A DNA stretch of 64,000 nt from an uncultured Chloroflexia bacterium (GTDB taxonomy: Bacteria > Chloroflexota > Anaerolineae > Anaerolineales > UBA4823): contig CAVVAJ010000006.1 of the NCBI GenBank assembly GCA_963746255.1, positions 7,922 to 71,921 of the forward strand, read 5' to 3'. The translations under genes were made by a program, and so were the position numbers. Under the pieces are notes generated by a model. It was not told where the DNA came from, did no database searches, and saw nothing but the letters and a program-made list of their open reading frames with translations. Of this stretch, positions 57,957-64,000 are shown in pieces. How positions within the stretch are numbered: position 1 is the stretch's first letter; every line of letters begins with the position of its first letter.

Positions 57957-60900
57957 ATTTGGAGAAAATCAGGACTGGAGTGTATGTTTGCCACTGTGGC
58001 AGTAATATCGCGTCTACAGTTGATGTAGATGATGTCGCGAACTATGCCAGTGATTTACCAGATGTATCGCTTACTCGTCACTATACATATATGTGCTCTG
58101 ACCCGGGGCAGGACTTGATTAAGGATGATATCCAGACACATGCGTTAAACCGGATCGTCGTCGCGTCATGCTCTCCCCTGATGCACGAAGAAACCTTTAA
58201 AAATGCTTGTAAAGCTGCAGGTCTCAACCCCTTCTTTTTCCAGATGGCAAATATCCGCGAACATTGCGCGTGGGTGATTGATGACCGAGTTCAGGCAACT
58301 GCCAAAGCAAAAAATATGGTTTCTGCAGCTGTTCGTCGTGTCCGCCACCATGCACCACTATCTATGCGCAGTGTGGATATGCAGCAATCCGCGCTAATCG
58401 TCGGTGGCGGAATCGCTGGTATTGAGGCTGCACTTCGCTTAGCCGATGCCGGTAAGCAAGTGTATTTGGTGGAACGCGAGCCCAGTATTGGCGGCCATAT
58501 GGCTCAGCTCTATAAAACATTTCCTACTCTAGATTGTGCGGCTTGAATACTTACACCAAAAATGGTGTCCGTTGGACGCCACAAGAATATCCAGCTTTTG
58601 AGCTACAGCGAAGTTAAATCGATATCGGGCTACGTCGGTAATTTCAAAGCCAAGATTCAGCGCTATCCCCGTTACATCGAAGAAGAAAAATGCACTGGCT
58701 GTGGAAAATGTGCTCAAGCCTGCCCGGTGGATACGGTAAATACTTTCGATGTTGGGATCAGCACACGTAAAGCCGCCTATCGCCATTCCGCCCAGGCAGT
58801 GCCCGGCGCTTATGTTATCGAGAAACAAGGTATAGCCCCTTGTAGGGATGCCTGTCCGACAGACCAACGCGCTCAAGGTTATATTGCATTGCTGCGGCAA
58901 AAACGCTATGCAGATGCGTATTGGGCAATTCGCCGAGAACATCCTTTCCCATCAGTTTGCGGGCGGGTCTGTAATCACGCCTGCGAAGATGCCTGCAGCC
59001 GGGGAATATTTGATTCGCCGGTTAATATTATGGGGATTAAACGCTTCATCTCGGATTGGGCTTTTGAGCATCGCAGTGAGTTAGCTTTTACCCAGGATAA
59101 ATCACTGATCGGCTCACCTTTTAAATCCGACCCTAAACCGACCGGCAAAAAAATCGCCATCATCGGTGCAGGACCTGCTGGCCTGACCGCTGCTCTAGAT
59201 CTCGTCCGGTTAGGGCACAAAGTTACAGCTTATGACTCTTCGCCGGTCGCTGGCGGGATGATGCGGGTCGGCATACCCCCGCACCGGTTGCCGCATAAAT
59301 ACCTAGATTGGGAAATTCAACAGATTCTGGAAGAAGGTGTGGAGCTGGAGCTCAATACTAGGGTTGATGATATCGCAAGTCTGCTTGATAACGGCTATGA
59401 TGCTGCCTTGATCGCTTCTGGGGCACACATCGCGAAAAAACTCCCCATTCGTAACTCCAATCACCCCGATAACCTCTTGAGCCTGGATATCCTGCGAAAT
59501 GCATGCTTAGGAAAGAGTCATGATCTAGCCGGTAAAAAGGTAGTAATCCTCGGAGGTGGCAATGTTCGCGTTAGACACTGCCCGTACAGTGCTGCGTCTC
59601 GGTGCGTCAGAAGTACGGCTAGCATGTCTCGAAACCCGAGGTGAAATGCCTGGTTTCGACTGGGAGATCTTGGTCGCTGTTGAAGAAGGAATCGAGATTT
59701 GTCCGGGACGGACTTTTCACGAAATAATCGTTGAAAATGAGCGTATAACTGGGATCCGCTGCTCGAGTGTAATGTTTCATGGTTTCAAGCGCAGCCGGCC
59801 AACTTTCGATATTATCCCAGAAACAGAACACATTTTGCCGGCAGATATCGTTGTTTGGGCGATTGGTCAGCGACCAGACTTCTCCTTCTTACCGCTGGAT
59901 GGCAGCATTAATATCCGTTATCCAATTGGTATCCAGTCTGATGAAGAGATGCTTACCACCAAGCCGGGCGTCTTTACTGCTGGTGACGTGCGCCGCGGGG
60001 TAACATTCTTCGTGGTCGATGCGATCGGAGAGGGTCATAAAGCTGCCCGTAGTATTGATCGCTTCTTGCGCGGTGAGCAGGGGCTCCGCGAACCGAGCAA
60101 ACCTCCCGTTGTCCAATTGGACGCGCAAACGATCGAAAACAAATTAAATGCAGGTGTTGCCAATCGCATGGAAAGAGTACCAATAAAAAGCATACCGGTA
60201 AACCAAAGACACCATAATTTTGAGGAAGTAGACCTGGCGCTAACAGAGGCAGAAGCGCTCGCCGAAGCCGAACGCTGTTTACGCTGTGGAATATGTTCTG
60301 AGTGCCTTGAATGTGTTGTCGCGTGCGAACGAGGTGCCATCGACCATAATATGCAGTCACACTACCTCAATCTAGATGTTGGAACCATCGTATTGGCAAC
60401 CGGCTTTAAAGATTTTGACCCCCGTGCTGTCCCAGAGCTCGGTTTTGGACAAATCGATAATGTGATCACGGCAATGGAATTTGAAAGGCTGATTAATTCA
60501 AGCGGCCCAACCGAAGGCAAAGTCTTGCTGAAGAATGGGCAAGCACCAAAGAGTGTCGCAATTTTGCATTGCGTCGGCAGCCGGGATGATCGCTACCATG
60601 ATTATTGCTCACGGGCTTGCTGCATGTACTCACTAAAGCTCGCCCAGCTCGTGCATGATTATGTCAATGCTGAAGTATTCGAGATCTACCGCGATATGCG
60701 TACTTTTGGCAAGGATTATGAGGAATTTTTCAACCGCACCCGTGAAAAAGGGATCAACTTCTACCATGGGGTAGTCAAATCAATTCAGCGTCAGAATGGC
60801 AAGCTCCTTGTTTCGTGGGACGAGAATTTCTTTAATCAACCTGACCGCGTTGCTGTAGATATGGTAATCCTCGCGACCGGTTTCGAACCCCAGGATGATA

Positions 60901-61400
60901 CCGCTCAAGTGGCGAAATTATTCGGTGTCAGCCGCAGCCGAGATGGCTATTTCCTCGAGCGGCATCCGAAGTTAGCACCGGTTGAGACGGCAACCGATGG
61001 AATTTACTTAGCCGGTGCCTGCCAGAGCCCTAAGGATATCCCGGATAGCGTTGTGCAAGCAGGCGCGGCTGCTGCAGCGGCTTTATCCATTATGGATCAG
61101 GGAACGATAAATATGGATCCGTCGATTGCCCACGTGGAAATTCAGCTATGCGCAGGGTGTGGCCAATGTGTTAATACCTGCCCCTACGAAGCGATTTCGC
61201 TGCAGCCTCTCGATAACCGCGGCCAAATCGCTTCTGTTAACAGCTACTTATGTAAGGGTTGTGGAACCTGTGCTGCTAGCTGCCCTAATAAAGCCATGTC
61301 ATTGATCCATTACAATGACCAGCAGATCATCAGCGAGATTGTGGGCGCACTCCAACCGATTACACCAATCGTACCTGGGCTGGCAGAGATTAAGAGGTGA
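57953..61400 (+). CDS. HdrA-like selenoprotein (TGA 58544-58546 = Sec) with an inserted GltD/NfnB-like NAD(P)H-binding module; one apparent frameshift near 59567
   Basis: The N-terminal ~290 aa and the C-terminal ~350 aa are paralogous to the preceding HdrA. Between them (about 58830-60080) lies CRDACP...CGRVCNHACEDAC, then IAIIGAGPAGLTAA.. and ..VVILGGGNV|ALDTAR.. and ..FTAGDV.. (glutamate synthase small-subunit-like). The frame changes +1 at about 59567. Confidence 0.8.
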
Positions 61401-61404
61401 TGTT

Positions 61405-62822
61405 GTGGATTTTGAACCAAAGATAATTGCTTTCCTTTGTACCTGGTGCAGTTATACCGGGGCAGACACCGCTGGTATAGCCCGCTTGAAAACACCGGCC
61501 AACGTACGTGCGATTCGCGTTCCCTGCTCCGGACGGGTTGCTCCAGAGATTATCATGCGTACATTCGATGAAGGGGCGGACGGTGTGCTGGTTTTAGGCT
61601 GCCATATCGGGGAGTGCCATTACGATTCAGGCAACCACCGCACTGCAAAGCGTATCCCGATATTAAGGTCGTTGATGTCCTTTGCTGGGCTCGATGCTGA
61701 ACGCTTGCGGCTCGATTGGGTTTCTGCATCTGAAGGGGAACGTTTCTCCCGAATTGTAAATGAATTTACCGACACAGTTAAACTGCTTGGGCCAGTTCGA
61801 TGGCGGATTGAAAAATCTTATCAACCCTATCCATCGCAGGTAGATACGGTCGGGAATGTTCCAATGATCCCCGGTCTGCTTTCTCAGACAACAAGAATGA
61901 CTGGTCAGGCTTCTCAGATAAACAGCCAATTAACCCTGAATATTCAGTCCACCGCACAAGAACTACTTGAGAGCGGTCAAGTTAACTGTATCATCGGGTA
62001 TGAGATCGGAACCCACGGCGGACACGCCCAGCGTTTGTTTACTCTCCAGAAGATGCAGAGAGACTGGTATGGAACCAGGATTGCACTCATAACTTAACCA
62101 CCTATCTTAATGACAAGCTAACCTCCACTTCTAATGGTCCTAGACACCAACAAATTGGTATCATCGTAAAACCGTGTGATTGCCGCTCCATAAATATCCA
62201 CCTCGCCGAAAATCGTTACAACCGTGATGACATACACATTATCGCAGTGAGCTGCAATGGTATTCGCCAGGGGGCAGGGACAACAGGACCAACTTTACCA
62301 AAACTAGCTACTTACCAGGCGCGCTGTTTAACCTGTTCACAAGTAGAACCCGTAATTTACGACACCTACCTAGAACAACCAGGTGGTAAAGAAGGTTCAA
62401 CCCTAATACCAGAAAGTGCTGGTCCTCAAACTGCACAGATATATTCGCTATCTACAGAAGAGCGGATGGACTTCTGGTTGGGGCAGTTTGACCGCTGCAT
62501 CCGCTGTTATGCGTGCCGCCAAGTGTGCCCAAGCTGCGATTGCCCGACTTGTTTATACGAGAGGGATGACTCACTCTGGGTAGGTTTAGGTGTTGGCATC
62601 AATGAAAAGCGGACCTTTCACCTCGGGCGCGCATTTCATCTTGCAGGACGCTGTATGGAATGCAACGAGTGCGAGCGAGTCTGTCCCGTTGGTATCCCCA
62701 TCAGCTTACTTAACCGCCAACTAGCTCAAGAAATGGAAAACCTTTTTGACCATCGCGCTGGTGAATATCCCCATCCATCTCCACTGCTTACAATCCTCGG
62801 AGGTCAGGAGCACCTGCCATGA
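61405..62822 (+). CDS. MvhD-like (methyl-viologen hydrogenase delta subunit) domain apparently fused to a multi-Cys 4Fe-4S protein; apparent -1 frame change near 62017-62031
   Basis: GTG 61405 lies 8 nt after AAGAGG. EPKIIAFLCTWCSYTGAD...IRVPCSGRV...GADGVLVLGCHIGECHY is the MvhD signature. The downstream part (open from 62004 in another frame) has CIRCYACRQVCPSCDCPTC and CMECNECERVCP. Confidence 0.7.
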
Positions 62823-62837
62823 TTTACATCAGGCCTG

Positions 62838-63765
62838 GACGACGTACCAGTACCACCCGAAGGAGAAGGACGTCGTCTGGGCGCAGCGGGTCGCCCGCTC
62901 GATGGGGATGCCGCAGCGGATGGTGCTGCCCCAGGGTCGCGACTGGGCGGACCAGCAGGCCACCGTGCGGCGCCGGCTGGAGTTCCAGACGTGGATGCAC
63001 ACCTGGCTCTTCCCGCTGGCCGACGCGCTGCACGACCAGCCGCTGCCGGCATCGACGGCGGCTACGGCGACGCCCTGCTGCGCGCCGACCTGGCAGGCAA
63101 GGCCGCCCGCGGGGACCTGCCGTGGCCGCAGTCGCTCTTCGACGGGATGGGCGGGCGGCGGCTCGACTTCCTCGCCGACGGCGCGGCCGCCCCGCTCCGC
63201 GAGGCTGCCTTGACGGCGTACTCCGACCTGGGCGCGACCGTCGCCGACCACCCCAACCGGCACACCCTCCTGCAGCTGCTCACCCGGCAGAACCGCGCGG
63301 TGACCACCGCGGCGCGACTGCTCGTCGGGCCGGAGACGGAGGTGTGGATGCCGTTCGCCCACCCGTCGGTGGTCCGGGCCGCGCTGGCGGTCCCCCTGGC
63401 GCAGAAGCAGGACCACTGCTACTACCGCGAGATGCTCCGCACCGCCTGCGGCCCCGAGGGCCACCCGTTCGAGCAACCACCCGGGCGCGCGCAGCCAGAA
63501 GGTCCGCAACGCCTTCCTACCCCCGGCCCTCGTCGGGTCGCTGATGGCGACGGTGCGGCGCAGCGAGCGGGCGACCGCCCTGCTCGGGCCACTGCTGCGC
63601 GAGGCTCTGGCGGCCGAGGACGTCGAGCCGCTGCGGCGGCGGCTCCGGCCGGTCGATGTGCTGGCCTGGGCCGCACTGCTCGCCGACGTCGAGGAGGAGT
63701 ACGCCGGCCGGCTGGACTGGTCGGGCTGGCCCGGCGGCTCATCCGACTCCACCCCGTGGGGATAG
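62838..63765 (+). pseudogene. High-GC fragment resembling the C-terminal region of an asparagine synthase-related (PP-loop amidotransferase) protein; frame changes at about 63045 and about 63475
   Basis: A sensible protein is readable only by hopping frames: ..DVVWAQRVARSMGMP.. / ..PETEVWMPFAHPSVVRAALAVPLAQK..YYREMLR.. / ..RSQKVRNAFLPPALVGSLMATVRRSE...TPWG*. There is no 5' end. Composition is completely different from the rest of the window. Confidence 0.4.
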
Positions 63766-63823
63766 TCCAGTGCTCTTTCGGGCCGTTTCGCGGGATTTCA
63801 CCCCGCAAACGCACTGGACTATC
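63761..63823. repeat. 13-bp perfect inverted repeat (hairpin) straddling the stop codon of the high-GC gene fragment
   Basis: GATAGTCCAGTGC (63761-63773) pairs with GCACTGGACTATC (63811-63823). An inner GCGGG/CCCGC stem lies in the loop. Confidence 0.6.
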
Positions 63824-64000
63824 TCTCCTCGCGGGAACGTCTCGTGGGTTCGTCCCTCCGCGCCGTCCCCCGGAGACGCAGCGACCCGCAGGCGTTGACC
63901 TCACGACGAATCGTGACGCCGTCCGGGGGGACGTGCCCGGATCGCCTGCGGGTCGGGTGACTGCGATGGATTCGCCAGCGCGTGGCCCAGTCGAAGCTCG

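Noticed and set aside
55935-58546. The similar N-terminal ~640 nt of the two hdrA genes, considered as a repeat or mobile element.
   Set aside because: This is ordinary paralogy. The similarity is at protein level with many synonymous differences, is in frame, and has no terminal repeats.
62819-63904. Long ORFs on both strands in the last 1.2 kb (for example 62829-63752 minus, 307 aa; 62819-63544 plus, 241 aa).
   Set aside because: They are Arg/Pro/Ala/Gly-rich translations typical of out-of-frame reading of very GC-rich DNA. Only a frame-hopping plus-strand reading gives protein-like sequence.
1-64000. A search for CRISPR arrays, transposases, integrases, phage genes or known defence-system genes.
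   Set aside because: No regularly spaced short repeats and no recognisable recombinase, transposase or defence signatures were seen. The only STAND-like NTPase is fused to a cyclase and TPRs, a common signalling architecture.

Overview
About 62.8 kb of a moderate-GC bacterial chromosome segment, followed by about 1.2 kb of very GC-rich, unrelated-looking sequence. The protein repertoire looks like an anaerobic Chloroflexota or Anaerolineae-type organism, but that is only a guess from gene content. Counted 60-nt samples give 45% GC at 62701-62760 and 77% GC at 62881-62940. I found no rRNA, tRNA, CRISPR array, transposase or integrase. All product calls come from motif and family recognition by eye; no database search was run.

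Gene content:
- Housekeeping genes: rph, mgsA, cysK, fabF, panB, cysS.
- Many oxidoreductases.
- Two class III nucleotide cyclases with sensor or STAND architectures.
- A sugar-uptake cluster: ROK, SIS, ROK, SBP, two permeases, two Gfo/Idh/MocA.
- Metal-homeostasis genes: VIT1, CDF, ArsR.
- An AcnX (DUF521/DUF126) pair.
- Two CooC-type ATPases.
- An Hdr/Mvh-like redox cluster at the right end.

Most interesting observations:
1. Two adjacent HdrA paralogues each carry an in-frame TGA exactly at a conserved Cys, which predicts selenocysteine. The codons after the TGA are synonymously conserved, and a shared downstream hairpin is present.
2. The second HdrA carries a complete GltD/NfnB-like NAD(P)H module inserted inside its ferredoxin insert. 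It is followed by an MvhD domain apparently fused to a multi-cluster Fe-S protein.
3. The sugar-binding lipoprotein is an in-frame 1218-bp tandem duplication, giving two complete SBP modules. Identical and diverged blocks alternate between the copies.
4. The sugar cluster is bracketed by a diverged direct repeat of the 3' end of the VIT1 gene and begins with a 5'-truncated ROK gene.
5. There is a high load of frameshifts and gene remnants, including the normally essential cysS. This means either assembly indel errors or real gene decay.
6. An abrupt compositional junction at about 62.82 kb is most simply a chimeric or concatenated contig join.
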